A stretch of 64,000 bases of DNA from Fimbriosthenelais zetlandica. Lineage: Eukaryota. The DNA lies in assembly GCA_977030845.1 (NCBI GenBank), contig OZ365112.1:17794001-17858000 (forward strand), read 5' to 3'. Positions 1-12,508 of the stretch are shown in pieces (position 1 is the first letter of the stretch; each line of letters starts with the position of its first letter). Under the pieces are notes generated by a model. That model was not told the DNA's origin, searched no databases, and saw only the letters and a list, made by a program, of their open reading frames with translations. The position numbers and the translations under genes are program-made.

Positions 1-1184
1 CCTCCTGCTGTTTTCAGGACGTAAATCCGTGCAGCCCATATAGATTCCGGGATGTAGATATGGGAAGGGAATCTTTGTATGTCATGTATGCATGCTAGAT
101 GCCATAAAAACCATGACCGTATCTCAGAGGCTCGTGCTTCCTCATATATACCGGTTACAAAAAGTAATGGACTAAACAATGAAACTAGAAACATCCCTTT
201 TACCAGTTATTTTCCCCTGTATAAATACCCTTGTACATCCACTAGTTTATTTCACCTGCAACTGATGTCGACCTGATGCTGAATCTAAGTCAGTGAGGTC
301 AATGTCGGGAGCTTCACCTTCTGAATGTCATATCGTTGTATGGTAAATTTCCTCTATATCCAGTCCCACAGTCGGGGACTCCTCTCATAGAAGCTCCTTT
401 TAGAACCCAAAGCAGGCGTGTATCTCTTTTTACCCTCTCAAAATTTTAGTGGGTGAAAATTCTGATCCCATTTTGTAAACCCCTGAAAGTTTTCATTTCT
501 TCATATCCCATGAAATAAGGATCAATTCCTATATTACCGTCTCAATTCTTGTATGCAACAAGCAAAAGCAGGTTGGGCTTTGATTGGGCCATGGTTGGGC
601 CAGCCGACCGTCCATCACACGGGCAGAGTTAGACATTCAATCCTGCATGCTGTAGTCATAACTGGCATCTTTTTGTCTGCCTCTCCTCTAAGATCTGAAG
701 CAGGCTGTCATACAACTAAGAGAGGATGAATGAATGAGGTATGTTGATGTTTCATTTGGCAGAGGTAGAGGGATTGATACCCTGACTTTCTTCACTAGTT
801 CACCCTTGCTCAGTAACTGTACAGTATACTCATTCACTATAATCCCACAGTTGATTTTCGATTGTACTTAAGCGGTGAAATTATGTTGTGTAATATAGGA
901 TTCACCTTCAATGACTGCTTCCATGTATCACTCATATGCGCCACATTCCAGGAATAATCGTTCCGCTACAAGTATTACTTGGGTTTCTCTTCCCAGTGAC
1001 AAAACTCAGTGTGAAATCTGAAGCTGAAGCTGCGGCCCGGGGTATCTCTGTGCTACTGAGTACATGTATAATCACTTCTCAGTCCCTCTTAATACCCGCC
1101 CATCCATCCTTTATCCCTAATGCCCACTCCCCCACCAGCCGGCCCACATGCCCATATACCACGCCCATACCCATGCCGTACACC

Positions 1185-1600
1185 CCTGCATTGAAACATT
1201 TAGATACAATGATAAATCCCTTCCACCCTCCTGCATGGCCACCCACCCTCAAAAACCAACTCCCACCCACCCACCTGCATTGAAAGTCATTTATAGTAAA
1301 TCTGCCACCCGCCCGTCCTGCTACACTCTCACATACCCTCCCTCCCTCCTGTGTTGCTGCTCATTGTGTAGTTCCCGCCCCCACATAGTCACTCTGTATT
1401 GAAAGTCATTTATAAAGAAATGTGTAGGCTAATTTAATCAGGGGAAGAGCATTTTAATCCTATGTTGACAACACCCCTGCCCAATCCCTCCCAATTACCC
1501 ACTCTCCCACACTCCTGGATGCCTATACCCATCTGGCAACAACCCCTACTACTCCCGACCCTAAATGAAAGCCATTTATATAATGAATTTGCCAATTTAA
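1185..1600. repeat. Degenerate direct repeats separated by C-rich spacers
   Basis: Four variants of TG(C/T)ATTGAAAGTCATTTATA at about 1187, 1276, 1395 and 1565. The segment 1417-1454 (GAAATGTGTA..AATTTAATCAGGGGAAGAGCATTT) recurs at 10591-10623, so it is part of a small dispersed repeat. Confidence 0.6.
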
Positions 1601-2274
1601 TCAGGAAAATGAGGAATAACTCATCGTGAATGTAGAACCAAGAATGAACTAAACTTTACGAGATGATAATCCGATTACCCCCGGAAGAGGCACATAGGCC
1701 TATTTTGGGTGTATCAGCCTGATTATTGATTTATTAGTCTGCCTTTCTTTAATCCTCTGAACCCCATTTGTTCGCCCTGATGTTCCTCATGTTTCTCACT
1801 TCAAACAAGTAGAGCCCTGCTCTCATCCTCCACTTCAGGTACAAACAGCCTCTCTAATTTATAGCTACATTTTTAACAAGCTTCTTTGCGGTCATGTGTA
1901 TAACTGCGGTACTAATGACCAAGACTTTCTTCAGTCTAAACCTATCTTCAATACACCACATTTTAGATTAGGAAAACTGCATTGTCCTTGAACCTGTATT
2001 TAATTATAGAATTTCGGCATATACATGTATGTTTTTTATATTATTAGTTAGTTCCTATAAGTATAATTCCAAGTTCTCCATGAGTTTATGAGTTTTGGAA
2101 TTGTCATGTGCCATGAAACATTAGACAAACCAATAGAATAACTGTTTCCATTCATTCAAGGCAATGTGTAATTTATCTGTCTTTGCTTCGGTCACCTTGC
2201 TTTCACCGCTTCTTATGTGTTGCACTTCTACTGTCTAGACAAGTTTTCTTATGAAATCTGGCGTCCGGACTTAC

Positions 2275-2371
2275 CCCATGAGTTAGATCCGCCTACATTG
2301 GCCAGAGATGCGAGGAAGAAAAGGCGAAGCAAACTCCTGCCGGAGGGCACAGGTGAATGTGAGGTCAGCAT
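2275..2371 (-). CDS. Probable first coding exon (signal peptide) of an unidentified secreted or membrane protein gene continuing off the left edge
   Basis: The minus strand reads aagATG then MLTSHSPVPSGRSLLRLFFLASLANVGGSNSW+G (97 nt, phase 1), ending at a consensus G|GTAAGT donor. The hydrophobic core is LLRLFFLASLA. A CpG-richer region with GC-box-like motifs lies upstream (~3.05-3.3 kb). No second exon was found in 1-2270. Confidence 0.45.
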
Positions 2372-5345
2372 CTTAGGCCAGGTGGATAAGTTGGTACTCC
2401 ACGGTCCCCTTCTCAGGCGGTGTCTTGATGTCAGGTGAAGCCTTTAAGAAAGCATGAGAGAACTTAGCGGTATCTGGTGGTGGAGTGGAGGAGGATGAGC
2501 AAAGGGTGGCGGGGAGAAAGTTGTAGTGGAGTAGAGGGAGGACTGTAGGATGGAGGAGCAGGAAGGGGAGGACGAGCGGCAGCAGGAGCTGGAATAGGAT
2601 GTCTGTTCGGTAACCAAAGAAAGACTATTAAACAGCCCGGAGCACCTGTACATGTATGCGGAAGGGGATTCCGAACTTTGTGCCGTGGAGGGGTAGTATC
2701 CAGGGTAGCGTGTAACTGGACGAGGAATCTAGGCAAAGAGTGAGGGTGAGGGTGAGAATGGGACCCTGCACAGGGTCTGGACGAAAATGCTCCAACTCTA
2801 TAAAGGGGGGCAACGATATAGTTGAGTTTAATTAACTGACCAAAGAAGCAGTTTTTAACCATACTTTTTATGTGGAAATCTTTCTTCTGAGGACAATGTT
2901 ATCTTCTACTTCCGAATTTCACATTGGCAAAGAAGTACATGTATGTTTTCGTCTCATGAGGATGGGTTGATAGAAAGCAAGTCTGAGACATCTATATTCT
3001 TGGCAGAAATGGTTGAAAAATAAAATTGCTTACACTTGTGGCTAATCTAGCCATTAGACGTCTTGAGACGGGGCTCTTTAGCGTCCCAAAATCTCAAGGG
3101 ACGGAAAACTATATTTGTGAATGGCGTGGCGAGTTTCCGATCTATGTTTGTCTGTGATATGGTGTTAGTTTTTTTAAGGGGAGGAAAAAATCAGGTTTGC
3201 TCGATTGAGAAAGTAATACACCTTCCACGCCCACTCAATATTTTTCAACGAAAGTTTAGAACACCGCCCAGAGAAGTAAATTTATTTGATGAGACGACAC
3301 CCTTTTATTACCCTTGACTCCGTGGCATCACATTTCTATGTCATATTGAGTTGATTAGTGTCTATCGCCGGAGGATGGCCTGTCAGGCCGTGTGGGTTAC
3401 ACCTTCTAACCATGCGTGTGTTTGATCAACGAGTCTTTTTCATAAAATATTGGCTGTTCATAAGCCATATGTCACTGGGAACCATGTCAGGCCTCTATCC
3501 ACCATCAACTATTGGCTCCATACACTGTAAATCAAATAACCGGTTGCAACCTTAGTTTCTACTCCCAATGCTTTGTATATGGCCGGGATACTCTCTTTGT
3601 CTAGGTTATACAATTTTTAATAATTTTATAGTCTTAGGCTATCCATGTGTCTTATGGCTATTTATGTTACTATCCTATACACATGACCTGTTATTAAAAA
3701 GACGATGTCAATTTTATTGGAGCGCTATCAAATAAATTCTCCACAATTTTGTCTTGGAGTGTAGGCGGCGCTGCTTTCAGCATGTGAATCAAGTTAAAGT
3801 CTTATTCAAGATGTATGGATGTGGGCTGGCCTTATTAGAAACAGGAGTAAATTTAATAATTGCTGTAACGTGAGAGGCTGTCTTTGATGTTTGGGAGCAA
3901 GACCTCGTCATTTGTCTATTAGCCTGTGGGATTGGTGTCTCTACGTAAGATGCTCTTCTAAATTGTATCAAACTTCTTGGAAAATTGGTCTTCAACTTGT
4001 TCAATTCTCAATTTTCGGGGCACGAATATAGAAAATAGTATTTTGTCCCTCTGCATTAACACATATTTTATTAATCATTAAGGTATTGTGTCGAGTCCTT
4101 CAAATATTCCTTGAATCCCAAGCCAACAACAAATTACAGCTGCTTAAAATTGTCTAACCATTAGTCAGCATTTTCTGGCAGAGGGTGGGAAAAAACACCA
4201 CTTAACCACAGAAGATAAATCTCTGGGGAATTTGGAATTTCCATATTTTAGGAAAGAAGACAAGGGTGTGTAGTAGGAGAAGAGGTGAAGACGGACAGTC
4301 AGGAAGTCTTGGCTAGAGAACCTACATACTTAAATGTGTTTTGCACCTGGGCCACCACTGTAATTTCTCCCTCTGAAAACATTGGGTTCGTGAAATGCTT
4401 TTTCCCAGGCTAACATCATATCATCCCTGCTCCATTCTCGTTTGAGCAAATAGATTTATAGACTCAGAAATTACCGTTTTTAGTGTGTGTAACATTTTTC
4501 AACACGTCAGGGCCTAATAATACCCACAAGGAAGAGTCAGATATAATCACAGCTTGTCGTTATCAATCCCATGTAAAATATTTCGGAAGCCTAAATGTGT
4601 ATGGAGTTTGTACAACAAGAAAGGTTTCTCACACTATTGCTTCAGCATTTTATTTCTATGAATGCTTGTTTTTACATCTGAGCTATTTTCTTACAAAATG
4701 TGTGCACATTCCCCAAATTCCTATTTACATTTCGGAGTCTGGCTCCATTACGTTAACATGGTTTTAACCTAGCTCTAATTACGTAGAAGCAAAGACAGGT
4801 GAATAGCAAAACATCCATCGGTTGATCAAGCTCAGGTCATTGAAATACATTCGTATAATATGACTGCTATCAAATACATCCGTGTGACACTGATATAATA
4901 TATTATATGCCTTTGCCTCGTTATATTCTGAATGACATGTCATGTTAGTTGTTCTGTTAACACAAACAGCCACTCCATTTGCCTACAGGAATCAACAACA
5001 GACATCTGACCTGCCATGTTTTCCCGCGGCTTGGGAACAGATTGTCTGCGCATGTGCACGTGTTTGGGTGTGGTCCAATAGCGCCTTTACAAAATGATAT
5101 ATGCTGAACAGGATGTCCCCCAATGGCTTGTCGAAAGCTACCATAATTCATCTCGATCATGTGTACTACATCATGACCCCATTATGCATAGAATGGATAT
5201 CCAGCATATATTAGAGATAAAAATGAGGCCTTATCCCATATGGAATTGAAAATGCGCAAAGTTTCACTGTCTTTTCTGCATAGACATGTTTCATTAAATT
5301 TTAACAAGTTACAAGTGATTTTTATGGTGGACACCTGTCCTGTTA

Positions 5346-8300
5346 TTAATCACATCTCTGAAGTGGAATGTCATGTGATTGGTCAGCGTTACCTGCTGAC
5401 CCATTCTGTCCAGAACTCTTTGACCACTCTGCCTTCTTGCAGTAGTTGAAGGCCAAGAGCTCAAGGCTAAGCAGGATGAGAGCTACTATTATTGCCGTGA
5501 GTAGGAGGAGAAAGGCTCCAGCTAGGCTGGTCAGACCTAGGTGATTCCAGCTAGAAGCTGTGGCCTGATCACATTGCTGACTACTAGTAGGCCACCAGCG
5601 TGAATGCCACCTTTCTACCAGGCCCGATTCTTGCATCTGCACAAGACTGGAATAGAAAGACAAAGATTCAGCTGATTGCATTCAATTGGATTCAATTTGT
5701 TAACTAGTACTATAATTATTCCTTCTATTTTATTTCTTTTTAAAATTGATTTGTACTGATTTGTACTCACTACTGGTCAATTAAGTTTTTGTATGGCGAG
5801 TCCTTGTGAAGGACAAAAGCCAAGCCAGCTGGGAAGAATTTCTCCTTTCCTGTAACCAACTTCTTGCATTCTTTGTGGGCCTTGAGACTGATGACCCCAG
5901 TATCTGTCAGTAAGGCGTATTTACCTGTGATCAGAAGATGAACAGTTGGTTATTTATTCAATTTGGTCTCTTTCAATTTTATTGAGAATGACTAGAAACA
6001 TTCAAAGTTTATTAACCTGTTTCAACCATGCGGATGGCCACACCTGTTTGGTTAGGCATAGGATCTGGAGCTTTTTTCAGTTTTTTCCATATCTGTCCAT
6101 AGACTGTGGAAGGGTCTGACGTCTGAAGTATAATATAGGCTCATGTAAAGTAACAGAGATTATCAGGGATTAAGGGCGGAAGACATTGCTTTTATCCACT
6201 GTATCTATTCTTAATGATAGAGTATCCTCTATGCTCTACATTAATTACTTCGGTAGACTAACCTTTATATTATAGACTCATTACCTCTTCTCTTTCCCTC
6301 ATTTTAAAACAGCTTTTAATATTTAAAAGTGGAACTTTCAGGGTCATGAAATATAGTTTTTACCCTAAACAAATCGTTGAGGACGTGTCCAGGGAAAATA
6401 ATAGGGTAAACATCGGGGCTGTCAGCAAGCTCCTCCAGGGTGTTTATGGGTTGGACAGTGATGGTAACTGTGAGGTAAGCCACCAGGTTCGCTGTGTATG
6501 TGGCTGACATGGTGATAGTGAATACCCACCAGAATACAACCAGGATCCTACCAGAGGTGGACCGTGGGTAATTCTCCATACCTATAATGTGTGGACGAAA
6601 GCATTGTGATACTATTTGGAAACTAAAATTTGCTGTTGCTCATTTTCATCACCGAGACATTGCTTTATGTCTGTTGTGCGAAAAATTATTTTTATTGCAT
6701 GAATCTTGGTAGAAGAAGAGCCTAAGGCTTATGCCAACTCGACTTTTTGATGGCCACATGCATGTAATTTATGAGTGGTGGAGGATGTTGGGAAGCCAGA
6801 GGATATGTAGAGATGAGAGGATGTACTAGAAAGTGCCTGTCACTTCTAGTTTTATATCACAAAGTCCTTGTTGATGCATTCGGACGGAGGCATTAAAAAC
6901 TGCCCCTTGCTAATCTAGACAAGTTGCATCTACATTCTCCCCATAAAGCTGGAAGGGAAGCTGCAGCTTTGGTTGGCAAAAATAAATATTAGAAACGCCT
7001 GGCCTTAAACTTTTCCCGCTACCATGCCTCATGCAATTGGTTGATAGCTCAAATGCTGATATTCCAAGATTATTGTGAAGGTTTTCTTCAATGTAAATTT
7101 ATACCTAAATCACTTATTCCCCTTATTAAACGCCATTTAAATGCAGGAGTAAAGGAGGTTCATAAGTTATAAATATTATTTTAAAAACCCTACTTTGCTC
7201 AAAGTAGGTGCCGTAAGCAAACCAAATATCACTCCAAAAGCGGGCGGGTATCCACATAGGTGTTTCTCCCTCCTTATCGGGACATGACCAACGAACAATA
7301 CATAGCAAGCCTCCCACAAACAATATCAGGCCTAAGATGGCACACCTGTAAAGAAAGAACATTGTCAAATAAGAATCCTATCGGTCAGCAAAGTCAGATT
7401 GTTTACACTCTGAAACATTAATGTGAGACGGACATTACTCACCAAACAGTGTAGTGATAGGGGAGGAAGACTCTGTCTATTTTGGTATTCTCCTGTGGAC
7501 GTTTCAGTAGAATACCATTCCTGTCTTCACTATAAGGCACAGTGAATGCTGCCACATTACCGCGGTCTTTGGTGATGGTGAAGGCCCCAACACCCATGTC
7601 CACCTCCTAACACATAGAAAATAATATTTTATTTGACCTTTCAATTTGCGTAGGAGTTTGAGTAGTCGTAGGAGAATACGAAACTACTAACCGTTTTCCG
7701 GATTTAAAACTGTCCATTTGTCTATATATAGTAATGCATAAATTAGATATGCCTGCCTTTTTAATGACACGGCCAATAATGCCTGTCCAGTGACCTGTGG
7801 TTTCATCATAAGTCCCATAATCCTCAGCGTCCCAGTGTACATACTTTATACTGAAAAAGAGGAAGGCAACAACTCGTCTTACTTTGAGGTTAGTTGGTGT
7901 AATACCGTTCATTAAACGCCAACCGCATGCACTAGGTCCATCTTGTAGCATGTGAGTGAACTACATGTATAGACCTAATCAAGTTTAGTACGCAAGACAG
8001 GGTCATTCTGTCTATGAATTAATATTAAGGGGGTTGATTAGAAATAGAATTTCTTAAGTTATTATAATTATGTTACGAACCGGAATTTAAGGTACTTGGC
8101 TAGGACATTCACTATGTCGATACAGAATCCAGTGGGCGGTGTTTTTCCTTCCTTGGGTTCATATATAACGAAGGGTTCGGCCTTGAAATGACAAACTACA
8201 TATTACACTTACAATAAGAACTTACATAAAATAAGAATGGCTAGTCAGTATCTCTAGTGGATGATCACACTACTTCTACTTACATGGACTATACCAATTT

Positions 8301-11086
8301 TTAGGGTTTTATTTTGAAAATCGTTGGCTGGATTGACAAAGATTTGTTCCGTGATTTTCTGAAGGCCTTCTGTGGGAGTCCACTTTGCCCTTAATGAAAA
8401 GCCCCTTTTACTGGCAGGATCGGCAGCCCAGAGGTCTAAGAGAACAGGCTCAGCCCACCCTTCTTCTGAAATATCAGTACGTCCACTGAGTCCGTAAAAT
8501 GGGTCCTGTAAAGAGGGACTCACTTGAGACTCACTGTTTAAATTATTCAGCCTGTGCAAACTTAAACCTCATGTAAAAGTGTTGAAATCGATATTTAAAT
8601 TGATTAAGATAAAGGGAGGAGACCTTAATTATTTGCTCAGTGACCAACTTTCCAGTTGGACTGCCTTGGGAGTATTCTACTGAACAATTTAAGTGAGGAC
8701 GAGAGAACAGGGACTTGTCCTTGGCTCCAACCTCTGATATAGACTCAGCCAGTTGAACTGCTGCATCTAAAAGATATGCCTGCTGCAACTACAGAAAAAC
8801 ACTAATTTTATCAATGAACACAAGCATTATTCATTGGGCCAACAATTCTTTTTTGTACCAAATGAGAACTGAGACACCAAACATTCCATATCCAATGAGA
8901 TGGCGCCTAAGATCTTACTGTGATGTTACTGGGTAAGGTGTCTTGGAGGTGAGAGACATCTATTGGACAGATCCTATTTAAGACAGGCTGATAGAGGGGC
9001 TGGAGACTGAGCAGATTCCCATGATACCAAGATTCATCATCTATTGTATTCCTCCACACGTTGGTAAACACTGTTATCCAAATATAGAAGCTGGTGTTGA
9101 GACCAAGTGATGAGGCCTGAATTGAGGGAGGAATACATTTCCGTGAGAGGTACATGTGGGAGGAGAGAGGTTCAGATTGGTCTATCCCTGGGCTCCCTAA
9201 ATGGTGCCGGTGTATTCTTATTCGAATGGGGTGGGCCTGAGAGAAAGAGAACTCACCTTCTCTAAAAGGTTAATTGTCAGCCTTTGATGACATAGGACAA
9301 TGTAGACTTGGCCGGACGTGTTGTAATTCTCCAGGATATTGAAATCACGCTCACCCTCCTTTAGATATATGGGCGAAAATCCAGTATTATATCCATGAAG
9401 AAAAAGATTCGTCACATATCTTTTATCTGTGTGAAAAAGGTCATGAAATAGTGAAAATATTGTGATTCTTGGGTTAACCATAATTGTTACTTTAAACAGT
9501 ATAGGAAAGCTTTTAAGTACTTACCAGTATCATGATCATAGAAAACGACTATGGTCCGTCGAAGGCTGGATGGTCTGATAGTATGTAAGATATCAAACAA
9601 TGCTCTGTGAATGATGGAGAAGTTGGGAGTCATCATGAGCATTGAGGTACCATTGGTGATGTATTCAGGCTCCATGATACACCAGGATGGTGAAGGTACC
9701 AGTAGAATGGGTACCCCGAGGGGTGCCAGCATGAGGGCCAACAACCGTCCCATCTCACAAGAGACGTGGCCCACTAGAGCAAAAGTCCCATTCTCAAGTC
9801 GACTACACACTGCATTGCAAGCAAAATGTCATGACAAGCTGACAGGTGGGCGAACAGGGGTCTGTTTGAGACGAACTGTATAGTCCATGGATTTACCACT
9901 GCCTATACTAATGCATCTTTGATAAGAATGGACCCCCAAGAAACACTGCAGAATTAGATAGGTTAATTTGTATATTGAATTGAATTGTCTTTCAGTAATT
10001 GAGTCATCTTTAGGGAGAAACACAAAAACTACTGGATAATGAATGAAGCACGATTTGATTTCCCTATTTACGATTTGATAAAAAGACACTAGGTTTCTTT
10101 TAAAGGTTTAAAGGAAAAACTTGCAACACAGATAATCGTATTCGAATCGAAAGGCAGGAACTTTTGTTTAGACAGGATCCAAGTTCAAATGTTTGCATGG
10201 TTGATCGATTATTAAAGGAGTGTTGACTATTATATTAATGAAATATTAAATGACGTAGAAGAAGAGAAAAGAAAGTAAACGACACGTACGAATATTGACA
10301 TAATGCTTATTTACATAAAATGTTGCCAGGCGCCTTGACTTGGTAGAAGAGAATCTTAAGAAATTGACTGTTTGTAAAATGATCTCAAATAGTACCTTGC
10401 CATTGCTTCAAAGATTTATGTCTGTACAGCATGGCTAAGCATGGGGTATTTGGGCTGTTCTATAGCCTGAATCTATAGGAAAATCCTTATTTTAAAGGGA
10501 CACTGGACTTAACCCTCTCTCCTTTCAACCCACACACCCATCCTTATACCCTCTTCCATCCCCCTGAAAGGCCACCCATCCAGCAATTATGAAATGTGTA
10601 ATTTAATCAGGGGAATAGCATTTATGGCTGAATAGGTGAATATTATGCGAAATTTACGCTTGAAAGTTAATATAATATTCAAAATTGATACCTTTCTGCA
10701 ATGTTATTAGCCGGGAGTTTCTGTCTGTGGGTATCGCTGAGTAGTAAGTGGTAGGATATGGTATAGATGGATCCATCCCCCGGTAAACGAATTTTTCTGC
10801 CGCTTCAATAATAACCATGTCCTCCTCATCCTTCAAAATGGCGTCTTCCAATTAATCAGAAAAGATTGTAAAAGTTTTCTCTGTACAGAATTTTGATTTA
10901 CAATAGACTATTGATTCTAGCACTGTTCGCTTTAAATATCATCTTTTTCACTAGATGTTAAGTGAGATCGCTGGTCCGGTTTTTAATACATTGTAAAGGT
11001 CACCTACCTATATTAATGTCTTCCACGTCGACCGGACTGGCATCTAACAGGAGCAGGACAATCACTAACCATCCTGCAACTTCCAT
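5346..11086 (-). CDS. Ionotropic glutamate receptor-family subunit (divergent, delta/IR-like; ATD + S1 + M1-M3 + S2 + M4), 15 coding exons, ~847 aa
   Basis: Phase-consistent exons 5'->3': 11008-11086, 9897-10031, 9525-9809, 9257-9426, 8919-9116, 8624-8788, 8284-8505, 8081-8181, 7757-7850, 7443-7606, 7194-7345, 6364-6581, 6017-6122, 5771-5924, 5346-5646 (2544 nt). Signal peptide MEVAGWLVIVLLLLDASP. S1 motifs EPFVI, GFCIDIV, GHWTGIIG, DMGVGAFTITKDR. Pore WFAYGTYFEQS; PRSTSGRILVVFWW; M3 TYTANLVAYLT. S2 DSPYK, QESGLVERWHSRWW, conserved Cys; M4 LAGAFLLLL. Confidence 0.9.
7607..7756 (-). other. Apparent non-canonical GC-AG intron in the iGluR S1 region
   Basis: The upstream exon ends ...GRVIKK (AAG|GCAGGC) and the downstream exon starts TTAG|GAG GTG GAC ATG (EVDM). 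The join gives family-typical spacing (GRVIKKEVDMGVG). There is no GT at the homologous position. Confidence 0.7.
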
Positions 11087-12508
11087 AACTATTGACAACC
11101 CTGGAGAAGCTCCCGCATTAATTTGTTCTCTATGAGAGATGAATCCTGTCCTCCGGGCATGAATTATATCCGATTGGATGAACTATTCAAGTGAGCAACT
11201 CCTAGCAGCATATATATATCTAACCATGGACGATATTTCACATCCTCTCGACTCTCATTTTTCCTCCTGGCTACCTGAGTATGTGTGTATATGACAAAGG
11301 AAGTGATCAGGCTGTGGACATCACCCAGCTTTATTAAAGTAGACCTGGTGGATGTGTGGCAAGTGGCTGGTCAAATAACCACCTCCTACCATCAGTACAG
11401 ACCGCTGTATAATGAATGAACCATGAGCGGGGTGGACGCAGGTATAACCGGGCTGGGTCGTGTGGCATTCACATGCCATGTAAAAACTAGACAGTTATCT
11501 CTGTAGATGAGGTGAATGGCATGCACACTGAAATCAAAACCACCGCCAGATCTATATGTTTGGAAAGAAAGCTAAACGGGCCAATATGAATTAAAGCCGT
11601 GTAGCTCTACAATATATGATATATAATAGCCTCCCACATTGAATTCTTCGCTAGACAGTTGGCTAAACTGCGGATATCCGGTTTGATTTACAAGACAAAG
11701 CTCCTGTGATTATTCAGGGGGTTTTATTATTTGGCCTTCATGCGTCTTCCATCATTCCTTATAATATGGTATCCCATACTAGGCCAATGTGCACAGGAGG
11801 ATGCAGATGGCGCCACTGTCTACAACCATGTTAGGAAGGCGGGTGGGTGGAAAAGGGAGGGGATTGCATGATTGTGGGGCTGGGCCGCATCAGTTTGGTA
11901 GATGTGAGAGAATATCTGTCCTAATACATGACACATTAGGCCTATAGATATAGGCTAGTTCTATATAGTATTAGGTAATTGGAACAGAATGTAGCAATGT
12001 CAGGGTGTCAATTCTACTTTTCCCGTTTCCCTATTCTTAGGATGTATTCCTATTTTGTCCCATTTTCAAGCAGTTCTTCGTATTTTGTTGCTAATTTGTG
12101 TCTGTGATTCCTATGTTTTACTAATTTACGATCCGAAATTTTCCCATTTTCTGGGGCTCTTACCCTACTTGAGACCCTGTAATGCGGATAAAGTTTGGAT
12201 ACGATTTCAGACTTCTTATGTTACCCTTTATATGTTTCAGCGCTCCAGAATCATACGGAGAGAAGGATCTTTAAAATTGCCATGTGCTGCTTGAGATTTG
12301 ATTGGGAAAAGAAGGTTACACTGGTGCCATCTTGAGTGTTGTGGTGCTGTATCTGGGGGCGCCACTGTACCAGTATGATCCGTATATACGAGGCTGTCTC
12401 AGAGGACAGGCAAACATCGGCAGAAGTAGCTGACTGGTGAGTGGAGAGCGTGGAGAGGTAACAAACCTCAAGCTTACAACCATAAACTGGCATCGACTTC
12501 CAACAGCC
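11087..12508. promoter_or_regulatory. Shared head-to-head upstream region of the iGluR-like gene and the glycoprotein gene
   Basis: Only 1422 bp separate the two divergent ATGs (11086 minus, 12509 plus). CCAAT motifs occur at ~11581 and ~11784. TSS positions cannot be seen from sequence. Confidence 0.55.

Noticed and set aside
1185-1600. Repeat-spacer-repeat pattern superficially like a CRISPR array
   Set aside because: The repeats are degenerate, spacers are irregular (~70-150 nt) and low-complexity C-rich, there are no cas genes, and the context is eukaryotic.
2444-2862. Minus-strand ORFs of 61-132 aa
   Set aside because: They arise from a CT-rich low-complexity leader; no domain or consistent splice structure.
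10396-10851. Alternative iGluR first exons (10396-10432 MLYRHKSLKQWQ; ORF 10654-10851)
   Set aside because: Both have phase-1 donors but no hydrophobic signal peptide; exon 11008-11086 gives a canonical signal peptide and is preferred.
12330-12350. Possible REST/RE1 site upstream of both genes
   Set aside because: Only the left half-site (CAGCACCAC on the minus strand) matches; the GGACAG half is absent.
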